DNA of 32,803 nucleotides from Pseudomonadota bacterium (GTDB lineage: Bacteria; Pseudomonadota; Alphaproteobacteria; Rhizobiales; CALHAX01). Each line of letters opens with the position of its first letter. The stretch's first letter is position 1. The DNA lies in assembly GCA_039816705.1 (NCBI GenBank), contig JBCBXF010000002.1, positions 7,207-40,009 of the forward strand, written 5' to 3'. The notes below the pieces were generated by a model. It saw only the letters and a list, made by a program, of their open reading frames with translations, did not search any database and had not been told where the DNA came from. Shown here piece by piece: positions 1 to 9,782 of the stretch. The position numbers and the translations under genes were made by a program.

Positions 1-500
1 ATCAGAACGAGGGTGGTCCGGGCATCGTCGATATCATGGAACTGCTGCTCGGCAGCGACGATGCGCAGGCTGATCGCGAGACCTTTTTCCTGGCCAACAC
101 TCTTTTCTGGTTGATTGGCGCGACGGATGGGCACGCGAAGAATTTTTCTCTCTCGCTGCGACCGGGCGGACGGTTTCGTCTCGCACCGCTCTACGATGTC
201 ATCAGCGTGCAGCCGAGCGTTGATGCGCGGCATGTGGAGACAAAGGATTTTCGTCTAGCGATGCGCTGGGGGACGAAAAATCACTACCGCATTCGCGATA
301 TCTATCCACGGCATATTGAGCAGACCGGGGTTGCGGCGGGGCTCTCGCGGGAAGCGGTCGCGAGCATGATGGACCGACTGGTGCACGACGCCGACACCGC
401 GATCAAAACGCTACTCAGAGAAGTGCAGGGCACGGTGCCTGAGGCGATGGCGGAGAGTGTCATTGGCGGGCTGCGCAAGCGACTGGCTATGTTCGGGTAG
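1..500 (+). CDS. hipA: HipA-family type II toxin serine/threonine kinase, C-terminal part (5' end lies outside the window)
   Basis: Frame 3 is open from the window edge (QNEGGPGIVDIMELLLGS...), so the gene is cut by the window. It contains the HipA catalytic-loop signature IGATDGHAKNFSL followed by RLAPLYDVIS, which closely matches the E. coli HipA C-terminal domain as I remember it. Stop codon at 498-500. Confidence 0.85.
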   Translation, partial: QNEGGPGIVDIMELLLGSDDAQADRETFFLANTLFWLIGATDGHAKNFSLSLRPGGRFRLAPLYDVISVQPSVDARHVETKDFRLAMRWGTKNHYRIRDIYPRHIEQTGVAAGLSREAVASMMDRLVHDADTAIKTLLREVQGTVPEAMAESVIGGLRKRLAMFG

Positions 501-509
501 GCCGGTGCT

Positions 510-1064
510 CTAGTCCCGATCCCAAAAGTCCTGTGGTGCGAGTGTGATGCCCGGTGGGTCGAGTGCGAACGTTGGCTCAGTGACGCTCAGCGTGACGATC
601 TCGCCTCCCGTCCTGCGGCTGTGCATGACGACGCGTTCGGCCCATGGGTCCACGATCACGTAATGCATGATGCTAGGGGCGCGAAAGTAGGCTTCTAGTT
701 TCGTAATCGTGTCGTGCGCGACGCTGCCCGGGCTTATGACTTCGAATACGACGAGAGGGCCCTCGATGACGACCGTTTCGGGAGCGACCTTCTCGCCGCA
801 ATAGATCAACGCGTCCGGCTCATAGCCCGTTGCCTCGTCAATCTTAACGATGACGCCGTCGCTGAGAACCCGACACGGCTTGCCGGCTTCTCGGATTGCC
901 GCTTCCACCGCATTCGCAACGATGCGGTTGACCGCCACATGGCCGGCGGTCTGAGGCGACATAGCGAACGGTTCGCCATCAATGAGTTCGAAGCTCGTTT
1001 CCCGGTCCATGGCCCATTCAAGCCATTCGTTGAACGTCATGCGTGATGGTGCGGGGACTGCCAT
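510..1064 (-). CDS. Uma2-family (DUF820) PD-(D/E)xK putative endonuclease
   Basis: 184-aa ORF with the typical Uma2 layout: N-terminal ...EWLEW...ELIDGE..., then YEPDALIY (Asp), VVFEVISPGS (Glu) and D..TKLEAY (Lys), and the tail HYVIVDP. It is convergent with hipA, with 9 bp between the stop codons. Confidence 0.75.
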   Translation of the reverse strand: MAVPAPSRMTFNEWLEWAMDRETSFELIDGEPFAMSPQTAGHVAVNRIVANAVEAAIREAGKPCRVLSDGVIVKIDEATGYEPDALIYCGEKVAPETVVIEGPLVVFEVISPGSVAHDTITKLEAYFRAPSIMHYVIVDPWAERVVMHSRRTGGEIVTLSVTEPTFALDPPGITLAPQDFWDRD

Positions 1065-1081
1065 GGGCAGAGTTTATCACG

Positions 1082-1119
1082 GACGACGCGCGCGACAACG
1101 CGCGTGGCCTAGCGTCGTC
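1082..1119. repeat. Two-tier GC-rich inverted repeat (outer 8 bp, inner 5 bp stem)
   Basis: GACGACGC (1082-1089) pairs perfectly with GCGTCGTC (1112-1119). Nested inside, GCGCG (1090-1094) pairs with CGCGC (1099-1103) around the loop ACAA. It lies between the Uma2 start and the end of the doubtful small ORF. No clean U-tract follows on either strand, so it is not called a terminator. Confidence 0.5.
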
Positions 1120-1330
1120 GATGCTCGCCTTTTCGCGGCGGCTTCGGGATGCGTGAGATGGTGTTATGCCCTTCGCCCCAACGGCCCATATCGGCATTGA
1201 CGACGTGAGAATTCGTATCCACGCCGGCACCGGAACGGAACGCTTTGAAGACTGTCGGGAAAGCAAGCCTGGCCAGCGCAAAGAGCACCGCGATGGCCAA
1301 AATGATAAATGCGGAGCTGGTCATGGACAC
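1109..1330 (-). CDS. Doubtful small membrane protein (hypothetical)
   Basis: 73-codon ORF with a GTG start (ATG two codons later), 22 nt downstream of the pyrG stop. The N-terminus is hydrophobic (SSAFIILAIAVLFALARLAFP) and the tail is basic. No well-spaced SD and no recognisable family. Confidence 0.25.
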   Translation of the reverse strand: MSMTSSAFIILAIAVLFALARLAFPTVFKAFRSGAGVDTNSHVVNADMGRWGEGHNTISRIPKPPRKGEHRRR

Positions 1331-1352
1331 GTAAATGGGGACTACCGCCTCC

Positions 1353-3026
<1,674 letters not shown>

Positions 3027-3177
3027 TTACACCCGCGCCCCCGAGATTCGAAGCGGAATTTTGCGATGCGCACATCTGCCACGCGTCCATTCCCGCGGGC
3101 CGACGCCGATTAACCGGACGCAAGCCAATTTGTGATCTGGTTCACGCTCGTGTTGTGTGTGCCGTGGTTCTGTATTG

Positions 3178-4215
3178 ATGCGTTGGTGCGGTGTTCTGAT
3201 CGGATGGATGCTCCTTGCCATTGGCGGGACGCCGGCGGTCGCTCAGATCGATTTCAAGGAGCGGCGGACCTACTACACCCTGCCTCCTCTGCTCGATAGC
3301 AAGCGCGAGATCTGGGAAGCGATCGAGCGCTATGGGCCGCATGGACGGCAGGGTAACGCCATCGGCACGGCATCAAGCGATGCGTCGATGCGGTTTACCA
3401 GCAAGCGGCGCGGAAACCTGTGCACGCTCGACACCCTCGCGTTAAAAATGCACGTGACGCTCCGTTTGCCCCGCTGGCCGAGTGCGTATGCCAATGATGA
3501 TCCGCAGCGACAGTTTTTCCGCTGCGTGAAGGCGACCGTGACGGTTCATGAAAAGCGCCATGCCGAGATCCATCTTGAAACTGTCAAACGTGCTGAACGC
3601 GTGATGCGCGAGGGCCTACGCGACATTCGCTGCGGTGACTTCGTCAAGCGCGCGAAGGGGCTCTACAATCGCGAGATGCATCGCGGTGCACGGAGACAGC
3701 GCGCGTTCGACACGGCCGATTATGCCCGTCCGCGCTACCAGGCGTGCATGCGCTTGAAGCCTGGGGAAGAATACAAGGTCGCGCGTCACGTGAATGATCG
3801 CGTCACCTACCGGTCGTCACGGCGATACAATGACGAAAACTGTGAACCGGGCGCGGTCGTTCAGCAAAGCACACCGGAGCAGGTTTTCGGGATACAAAAA
3901 CACACGCGCAGGGTTCCGATCGAGAACGCAATGCGTGCACCGGCCCCCGTGGGTCACGAACAGGACAGCGCGTGGTTAGACTGGCTCATCGGCCTTGGCG
4001 GTCTGACCGCGTTGGGGTTGGCCGGGGCTTGGTTTTTGCTGGCGCGGGCGTCGGCAGAGGTCGAGAGCAATGGGGAATGGGCTCAGTCAATCGCGTTTGA
4101 GAATACGGAACCTGCGCGACCAGCCAGGCCGCAGTTGACGGGATCTATGCGTACGCACGCCGGTCCGAAATCGGCGACGCGCACGCCACCCAGTTTCGGC
4201 AAGCGAACCCGCTAG
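3178..4215 (+). CDS. DUF922-like predicted secreted Zn-metalloprotease (HExxH) with a C-terminal TM anchor and basic tail
   Basis: Signal-peptide-like N-terminus MRWCGVLIGWMLLAIGGTPAVAQ from the ATG at 3178; the track ORF begins at an upstream GTG at 3157. It has the HEKRH (HExxH) motif in the context ...TVTVHEKRHAEIH... characteristic of DUF922/COG5661 as I recall it. A predicted TM helix WLDWLIGLGGLTALGLAGAWFLLA lies near residue ~270, followed by a Pro/Arg-rich tail. It diverges from pyrG. Confidence 0.65.
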   Translation: MRWCGVLIGWMLLAIGGTPAVAQIDFKERRTYYTLPPLLDSKREIWEAIERYGPHGRQGNAIGTASSDASMRFTSKRRGNLCTLDTLALKMHVTLRLPRWPSAYANDDPQRQFFRCVKATVTVHEKRHAEIHLETVKRAERVMREGLRDIRCGDFVKRAKGLYNREMHRGARRQRAFDTADYARPRYQACMRLKPGEEYKVARHVNDRVTYRSSRRYNDENCEPGAVVQQSTPEQVFGIQKHTRRVPIENAMRAPAPVGHEQDSAWLDWLIGLGGLTALGLAGAWFLLARASAEVESNGEWAQSIAFENTEPARPARPQLTGSMRTHAGPKSATRTPPSFGKRTR

Positions 4216-4230
4216 CTGATTGCGGGCGTG

Positions 4231-4587
4231 TTATTCAGCAGGTGCGGACGGTGCACCAGGAGGCTGGATCTGATCGAGGATCCCGCCGCCGGTGCCGCCG
4301 CTGGCAGGGGCCGCTGGCGCTCCGCGATCGATCTGGTCGAGAATGCTGCCACCGCCGCCAACGCCTGGCTGACCGGCAAGGATCGTCAGCAGGATGCTCG
4401 TCCCGAAAAAGATGGCCGCGAGAACCGTCGTCAGGCGCGTGAGCCCATCGCCCGGGCGGCGTCCACTCATCTTCGCGCTGCCGCCACCGCCGATACCCAG
4501 CGCACCGCCTTCCGAGCGCTGTAGCAACACCACAACGATCAGCGCGATGCAGATCATCAGATGGACGACGAGAACGAGAGTGGACAT
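4231..4587 (-). CDS. secG: Preprotein translocase subunit SecG
   Basis: 118 aa. N-terminal TM MSTLVLVVHLMICIALIVVVLLQRSEGGALG (the typical SecG LLQ..kGgg.g motif), a second TM LTRLTTVLAAIFFGTSILLTIL, and a Gly/Pro-rich tail. It sits in the conserved tpiA-secG-pyrG neighbourhood. Confidence 0.9.
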   Translation of the reverse strand: MSTLVLVVHLMICIALIVVVLLQRSEGGALGIGGGGSAKMSGRRPGDGLTRLTTVLAAIFFGTSILLTILAGQPGVGGGGSILDQIDRGAPAAPASGGTGGGILDQIQPPGAPSAPAE

Positions 4588-4734
4588 GGAAGGCTCCGGA
4601 CGCCCGGTGGGGCGAATGAACGTGTCAGATCTTGCGGATCAGGAAGTGCCGCGCGTTTACACCAAGTCGGACGTCATGGCCAGAACTGCAAGATGACGGG
4701 GCGCGCACACGAGGCTGATCTGGACCGGTTCGAA

Positions 4735-5121
4735 CTATTCCACTCCGGGGCGAAGGCGCACACTTGGTTTGCGCGTGGGTAACGGGAACACGCGACGTGC
4801 GCCAAAGGGCTTTGCGGCCGGCATGTTCTCAGCGAAATCCATCCCATCTGAGAGAACGCGCGGCAGCGAGCGACAGCGGAACAACACCTGCTCGACGGCA
4901 ACAAGATAGCGTTTGATGTTGTCGATACGGTCAGGAGACAGGTTTGCGGCAGCCCAGATCGGACCCAGTTTCATGTCATTGCGGACGCCAAGGCTGATGA
5001 GCGCATCGCGCGTCGCCCGCAAGTCGCGGCAGTCATCGGGTGGCAGACGGGATGCGGTGGCCGGCGGGTTGATGAAAGAGCTCAGAAGCACCACGCCGGC
5101 AGCCACGATGCCACGCGCCAT
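4735..5121 (-). CDS. Hypothetical secreted protein (orphan)
   Basis: ORF between tpiA and secG. The ATG at 5121 gives MARGIVAAGVVLLSSFINPPATA, which resembles a signal peptide; the track ORF starts at a GTG at 5148. Third-position GC is high like the neighbouring genes. I recognise no family. Confidence 0.45.
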   Translation of the reverse strand: MARGIVAAGVVLLSSFINPPATASRLPPDDCRDLRATRDALISLGVRNDMKLGPIWAAANLSPDRIDNIKRYLVAVEQVLFRCRSLPRVLSDGMDFAENMPAAKPFGARRVFPLPTRKPSVRLRPGVE

Positions 5122-5194
5122 GCCGCGGGTTCCCGAGAATGCCGCCACTGATCGCCCTCCCCTCCTGTCGCGCCGTCATCCGAATTCGACGGAC

Positions 5195-5959
5195 TCACGC
5201 GTATGCGGAGATGATGCCGAGAAAATCGTCAGCCTTGAGGCTCGCGCCACCGACCAGCGCACCGTTGACGTTTTCCACCGCCATAAGTGTTTGGGCGTTT
5301 CCGGGTTGTACGGAGCCGCCGTAGAGCACGCGCATTGCCGCCCCATCTCCGCCGTGTGTTTCGACAAGTGTCGTGCGGATCGCAGCATGCATGTCCGCCA
5401 CATCGTCCACCGTCGGCGTGAGCCCGGTGCCTATCGCCCAGACGGGCTCATAGGCGACCGTACAGTTAGAAGCGGTTGCGCCCTTCGGCACAGAGGCACG
5501 GAGCTGCGTCGTCACCACCGCAATTGCATCGCCGGATTTACGTTGGGCCTCGCTTTCGCCGACGCAGATAATTGCTGTGAGACCGGCACGCCAAACGGCC
5601 TCAGCTTTGGCGGCGACTGTTGCGTTGCTCTCACCATGATCGGCGCGGCGTTCGGAGTGTCCGACAATGACGGCCTTCGCGCCCGCATCGGCGAGCATTT
5701 CGGCGGAAATGTCGCCGGTATGCGCACCACTCTCGTTGACGTGACAGTCCTGCGCGCCGACGGCGATGCCGCCGATTTCGACGGCTGCGGCGAGCAGCGT
5801 TGCCGGTGGACAAAGCATGACGTCGGCCTTGCCATCCGCCGGATGGCCTTTGAGACCACGAGATAGCTTCTCGATCTCGGCCAGCGCCGCGCGTGTCCCG
5901 TTCATTTTCCAGTTACCCGCCACGAGTGGTTGAATTTCCGTCATGTTTGTCCCATTCAT
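5195..5959 (-). CDS. tpiA: Triose-phosphate isomerase
   Basis: Motifs [27 protein letters not shown] and LYGGSV. The second ATG at 5944 ([16 protein letters not shown]), which has a weak GGGA upstream, is an equally plausible start. Confidence 0.95.
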   Translation of the reverse strand: MNGTNMTEIQPLVAGNWKMNGTRAALAEIEKLSRGLKGHPADGKADVMLCPPATLLAAAVEIGGIAVGAQDCHVNESGAHTGDISAEMLADAGAKAVIVGHSERRADHGESNATVAAKAEAVWRAGLTAIICVGESEAQRKSGDAIAVVTTQLRASVPKGATASNCTVAYEPVWAIGTGLTPTVDDVADMHAAIRTTLVETHGGDGAAMRVLYGGSVQPGNAQTLMAVENVNGALVGGASLKADDFLGIISAYA

Positions 5960-6154
5960 CCAAGGTGGCGGCGTTGCCGCGTCGTGCCGTTTCTGTCGCC
6001 CGTACGGCGTGCTGCATTGCGTCTGATTGCAAGCGCCTCAGTTGTGCAGACTCGCACTTCTCGATCAATCCGCAAGCGGTGCCGTCGCTGATTGTGATCA
6101 GACGAAACTGATGTGTCGATCGCGCTAACTGCGCACCCAACAACGGAGTTTTTG

Positions 6155-8068
6155 ATGCTGCAGAGATTGCGGGACGGAACAAAATCCTGGGTCGCAGGTG
6201 TGTTTATTTTCGTGATCGCGGCGAGTTTTGCCGTTTGGGGAATCGGTGACTGGATCGGCGGTGCGCTGGTCAAGGACGTGGCCACGATCGGCGGCAAGAC
6301 CATCACGCAGGGCGATTATCGCCGAACCTATGATCAAGAGATGCGCCGGATGCAGCAACGGTTTGGCCGCGTCATCCAGCGCGATCAGGCCCGGCTTCTC
6401 GGCGTTGATCAGCGTGTGCTCGCCACACTGCTGGGCACAGCCTCGATCGAGTTGCACAGCGAGGAGCTTGATCTTGGTGTCAGCGATGCGGCGATCGCCG
6501 AGCGGATCAAGCGCGATCCGGCGTTTCAGGGGATCGGCGGTGGTTTTGATCGCGATCGCTATGATCAGACGTTGCGTTTCTCCGGGATCTCGGAGGCCGC
6601 TTTCGTGGAACGCCAGCGCCAGGGGCTGATCCGCCGCCAGCTTACGCAGACGATCACCCACGGGGTCACGGTGCCCAAAACGCTGGTGAACGCGCTTAAC
6701 GCCTTCCGCAACGAAGAGCGCGATGTGTCGTATCTAATTGTCACCCCGGAGCAGGCTGCCAAACCCGGCACGCCAACGCCGGAACAACTGAAAGCCTATT
6801 ACGAGGAGAACGAGCGGCGGTTCACGGCGCCCGAATACCGGCAGGTCGTGGCGATCGTCCTCGAGCCGAAGGCGTTTGAGGATCGCGTGAACATCACAGA
6901 GGATGATGTCCGCGAGAGTTTTGAGGCGCGCTCCCGTGAGTTCAATACACCCGAGACCCGTGTCGTTGAGCAGATCACATTTGCGGACAAGGACGCCGCG
7001 CAAAAAGGATACGATGCGTTGAAGGGCGGCAAAACATTCGAAGCGCTGGCTGATGAGCAGGGCCGCGAAGATCGCTTTATCAGCTACGGCGATGTTGCGC
7101 GGACGGCGATCCTCGATAGCGCGCTTGCAACGGCGGCCTTTGCACTGAAAGAGCCGGGCTTCAGCGAACCTGTTGCGGGCGACCTGTCGACCTCAATTCT
7201 GCGGGTGACGAAGATCACGCCAGCCGTTGCGCAAAAGTTCGAGGACGTGAAGGATCAGGTGAGGAGCGAACTGGTCAGCGAGCGCGCGGTGACCCGGGTC
7301 GCCGATCTCTTCGACCAAATCGAGGATGATCGCGGCAAAGGTCTGACGCTCGAGGATATTGCCAGCAAGCGTGATGTTACGCTGACCGAAGTTGCTGCAA
7401 TCGATGCCAACGGCAAAGCACCGGATGGCACGCTCGTTACGACGCTCCCTCAAAATGCCGCGCTGCAACGTGGGATCACCGGCGCGGAGATCGATCTTAA
7501 TGCAGACGCCGTCGAGCTGGGTGGCGATAGTTTCGCGTTCATCGAAGTGAAGGCCATCACGCCGGAAAAACTCCGTCCGTTTGACGATGTGAAAGACGAC
7601 GTGACGAGCGCTTGGCGCGCCGCCGAGGAGCGTCTTGCCGTGACAAAAGCCGCCGAGGGCGCTGTCGAGAAACTGAACGGCGGGGCACCGATTGCCGATG
7701 TCGCGAAAGAGCTCGGTGTCGAGGTCAAGACGGCCGCCGATCTGAAGCGGGCGTCGCGGACAGATGATCTTCCGTCCGGTGCCGTCGGGCGTCTTTTCTC
7801 TCTGGCCAAGGGTAAGGCGGCGGCGGCGGAGCTACTCGGCGGGCAGAACCGCGTCGTTTTCGTTGTGACGGATGTTACCACACCGGAAAAGCCGCTCGAC
7901 GCCGTCGCGACGCTCATCGAAAATCAAGTCTCCAATCAGATCGGCGAAGAGATGGTGGCGGAGTATCTTCAGGCGCTGCAGTCAAGATATGACGTCGAAG
8001 TTGATCAGGACGCCATTGTGCAGGCAACGGATCCGGCCGGTCCTGCGGGCGGGCGCGGCTCATTTTGA
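6155..8068 (+). CDS. ppiD: PpiD-like periplasmic chaperone / peptidyl-prolyl isomerase (SurA N-terminal domain protein)
   Basis: The ATG at 6155 is preceded by GGAG with 6-nt spacing. N-terminal TM anchor SWVAGVFIFVIAASFAVWGI. Long helical chaperone region and a central parvulin-like segment (...RVVEQITFADKDAAQKGYDALKGGKTFEALA...). ~637 aa, as in alphaproteobacterial PpiD. Confidence 0.8.
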   Translation: MLQRLRDGTKSWVAGVFIFVIAASFAVWGIGDWIGGALVKDVATIGGKTITQGDYRRTYDQEMRRMQQRFGRVIQRDQARLLGVDQRVLATLLGTASIELHSEELDLGVSDAAIAERIKRDPAFQGIGGGFDRDRYDQTLRFSGISEAAFVERQRQGLIRRQLTQTITHGVTVPKTLVNALNAFRNEERDVSYLIVTPEQAAKPGTPTPEQLKAYYEENERRFTAPEYRQVVAIVLEPKAFEDRVNITEDDVRESFEARSREFNTPETRVVEQITFADKDAAQKGYDALKGGKTFEALADEQGREDRFISYGDVARTAILDSALATAAFALKEPGFSEPVAGDLSTSILRVTKITPAVAQKFEDVKDQVRSELVSERAVTRVADLFDQIEDDRGKGLTLEDIASKRDVTLTEVAAIDANGKAPDGTLVTTLPQNAALQRGITGAEIDLNADAVELGGDSFAFIEVKAITPEKLRPFDDVKDDVTSAWRAAEERLAVTKAAEGAVEKLNGGAPIADVAKELGVEVKTAADLKRASRTDDLPSGAVGRLFSLAKGKAAAAELLGGQNRVVFVVTDVTTPEKPLDAVATLIENQVSNQIGEEMVAEYLQALQSRYDVEVDQDAIVQATDPAGPAGGRGSF

Positions 8069-8099
8069 CGAGTTGCGTGCGCCATCATCGCACATCGCG

Positions 8100-8123
8100 A
8101 TGTGGCAGTGGAGTGCGCGCTGA
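8100..8123 (+). promoter_or_regulatory. Candidate trp leader mini-ORF (MWQWSAR, 2 Trp in 7 codons)
   Basis: ATG TGG CAG TGG AGT GCG CGC TGA read directly from the sequence. The stop lies 12 nt upstream of the trpE ATG at 8136 and directly abuts the alternative GTG at 8124. There is no obvious SD and no room for a terminator hairpin. See findings. Confidence 0.3.
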
Positions 8124-8135
8124 GTGGGAGTTGCC

Positions 8136-9674
8136 ATGAAATCGTCGGCGTCACCCTCGTCGTTTTCTCCGGATCAAGCCAGCTTCTCGGCGACGTATGA
8201 CGCCGGCCAGCCCCAGGTTGTATGGACGCGGCTTGTTGCCGATCTCGAGACGCCCGTATCGGCGCTTTTGAAACTTGCGCCCGGGCGGGCCAACAGCTTC
8301 CTGCTCGAGTCTGTCGAGGGCGGCAGTGTGCGCGGGCGTTACTCAATCATTGGCTTCGACCCCGACATTATTTGGCGCGCCCATGGCGATCAGCCGGAGA
8401 TTAATCGCTCGCCACACAAAGACCCGGAGAAATTCCGTGCGCTGAAGCCGGGCACGCTGAAGGCGTTGCGCCGACTGCTCGCTGAGAGCCGGATCGATCT
8501 GCCCGAAGAATTGCCGCCGATGGTGGCCGGTGTGTTCGGCTATATGGGCTATGACACGGTGCGCCTGATCGAGCGTCTGCCGGATGAAAAATCAGACCCG
8601 CTCGGTGTTCCCGATAGCATTTTAATCCGCCCGACGCTGATGGTGGTTTTCGACGCTGTGAAAGACGAAATGACCGTCGTCACGACGGTGTATCCAAAGC
8701 GCAGCCGCAGCGCGCACGCAGCCTATGCGGCAGCGGCGCAACGGCTCTCACAAGCTGTTGCTGCACTTGAGCGGCCGCTGCTGCAGTTGCCCGGAGACGC
8801 TCCAAAGCCAAAGCGCACGCACGTGTCCTCCAACACCGCCAAGCAGCAATATCAAGGCATGGTGCAGCGGGCAAAAGAGTACATCCGCGCGGGCGATATC
8901 TTTCAGGTGGTCCTCAGTCAGCGGTTCTCCACCCCATTTACTCTCCCGTCTTTTGATCTTTACCGCGCGCTCCGGCGCACGAACCCGTCACCATTCCTGT
9001 TTCATCTGGATTTCGGGGGCTTCTCAATCGTCGGCTCCAGCCCTGAAATTCTTGTCCGGGTGCGCGATGGCGAAGTCACGATCCGGCCGATCGCCGGCAC
9101 ACGTCCGCGCGGCGAGACGCCGGCGCAGGATCGGGCGCTCGCGGAGGAGTTGCTGAGCGACGAGAAGGAGCTGGCCGAGCATCTGATGCTGCTTGATCTC
9201 GGGCGCAACGACACTGGCAAGGTGTCAGAGATTGGCTCGGTCGAAGTGACCGACAGCTTCTTTCTTGAGTACTATAGTCAGGTCATGCATATCGTCTCAA
9301 ATGTCACGGGTCGGCTCGCGAAGCCCCATGACAGCATTGACGCGCTTATGTCCGGTTTTCCGGCCGGCACGGTCTCCGGTGCGCCCAAAGTGCGTGCGAT
9401 GGAGATTATCGACGAGCTTGAGCTCGAGAAGCGGGGACCGTACGGCGGTTGTGTTGGGTATTTCTCCGCGGATGGGCAGATGGATACATGCATTGTTTTG
9501 CGCACCGCGGTTGTGAAAGACGGCGTGATGCACATCCAGGCGGGGGCCGGCGTGGTTGCGGACAGCGTCCCGGTGCGCGAGCACGAAGAGTGCGTGAACA
9601 AGGCGAAGGCGTTGTTTCGTGCCGCTGAGGAAGCCGTGCATGTCGCAGGGCAGAAAGCTGGACGAAAAAACTGA
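8136..9674 (+). CDS. trpE: Anthranilate synthase component I
   Basis: Motifs LLESVEGG, IAGTRPRG, EKELAEHLMLLDLGRND, FPAGTVSGAPKVRAMEIIDELE and RGPYGGCVGYF. The ATG at 8136 is preceded by GGGAG (8126-8130); the track ORF starts at the GTG at 8124. Confidence 0.96.
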   Translation: MKSSASPSSFSPDQASFSATYDAGQPQVVWTRLVADLETPVSALLKLAPGRANSFLLESVEGGSVRGRYSIIGFDPDIIWRAHGDQPEINRSPHKDPEKFRALKPGTLKALRRLLAESRIDLPEELPPMVAGVFGYMGYDTVRLIERLPDEKSDPLGVPDSILIRPTLMVVFDAVKDEMTVVTTVYPKRSRSAHAAYAAAAQRLSQAVAALERPLLQLPGDAPKPKRTHVSSNTAKQQYQGMVQRAKEYIRAGDIFQVVLSQRFSTPFTLPSFDLYRALRRTNPSPFLFHLDFGGFSIVGSSPEILVRVRDGEVTIRPIAGTRPRGETPAQDRALAEELLSDEKELAEHLMLLDLGRNDTGKVSEIGSVEVTDSFFLEYYSQVMHIVSNVTGRLAKPHDSIDALMSGFPAGTVSGAPKVRAMEIIDELELEKRGPYGGCVGYFSADGQMDTCIVLRTAVVKDGVMHIQAGAGVVADSVPVREHEECVNKAKALFRAAEEAVHVAGQKAGRKN

Positions 9675-9782
9675 TGCGGAACACACGGCGCGCGATGCGC
9701 ATGAATTTCTGCACATCGTCATAGAGCTGAAACAAATTGAGCGCATACTTTTGCTGTCTGCCCGCACGTACCTCTCCATCCC

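Noticed and set aside
8069-8135. A classical trp attenuator (leader peptide plus antiterminator and terminator hairpins) upstream of trpE.
   Set aside because: Only 12 nt separate the mini-ORF stop from the trpE ATG, and no GC hairpin followed by a U-tract is present. A Sinorhizobium- or E. coli-style termination attenuator cannot be accommodated. Only the weaker mini-ORF hypothesis is retained, as a finding.
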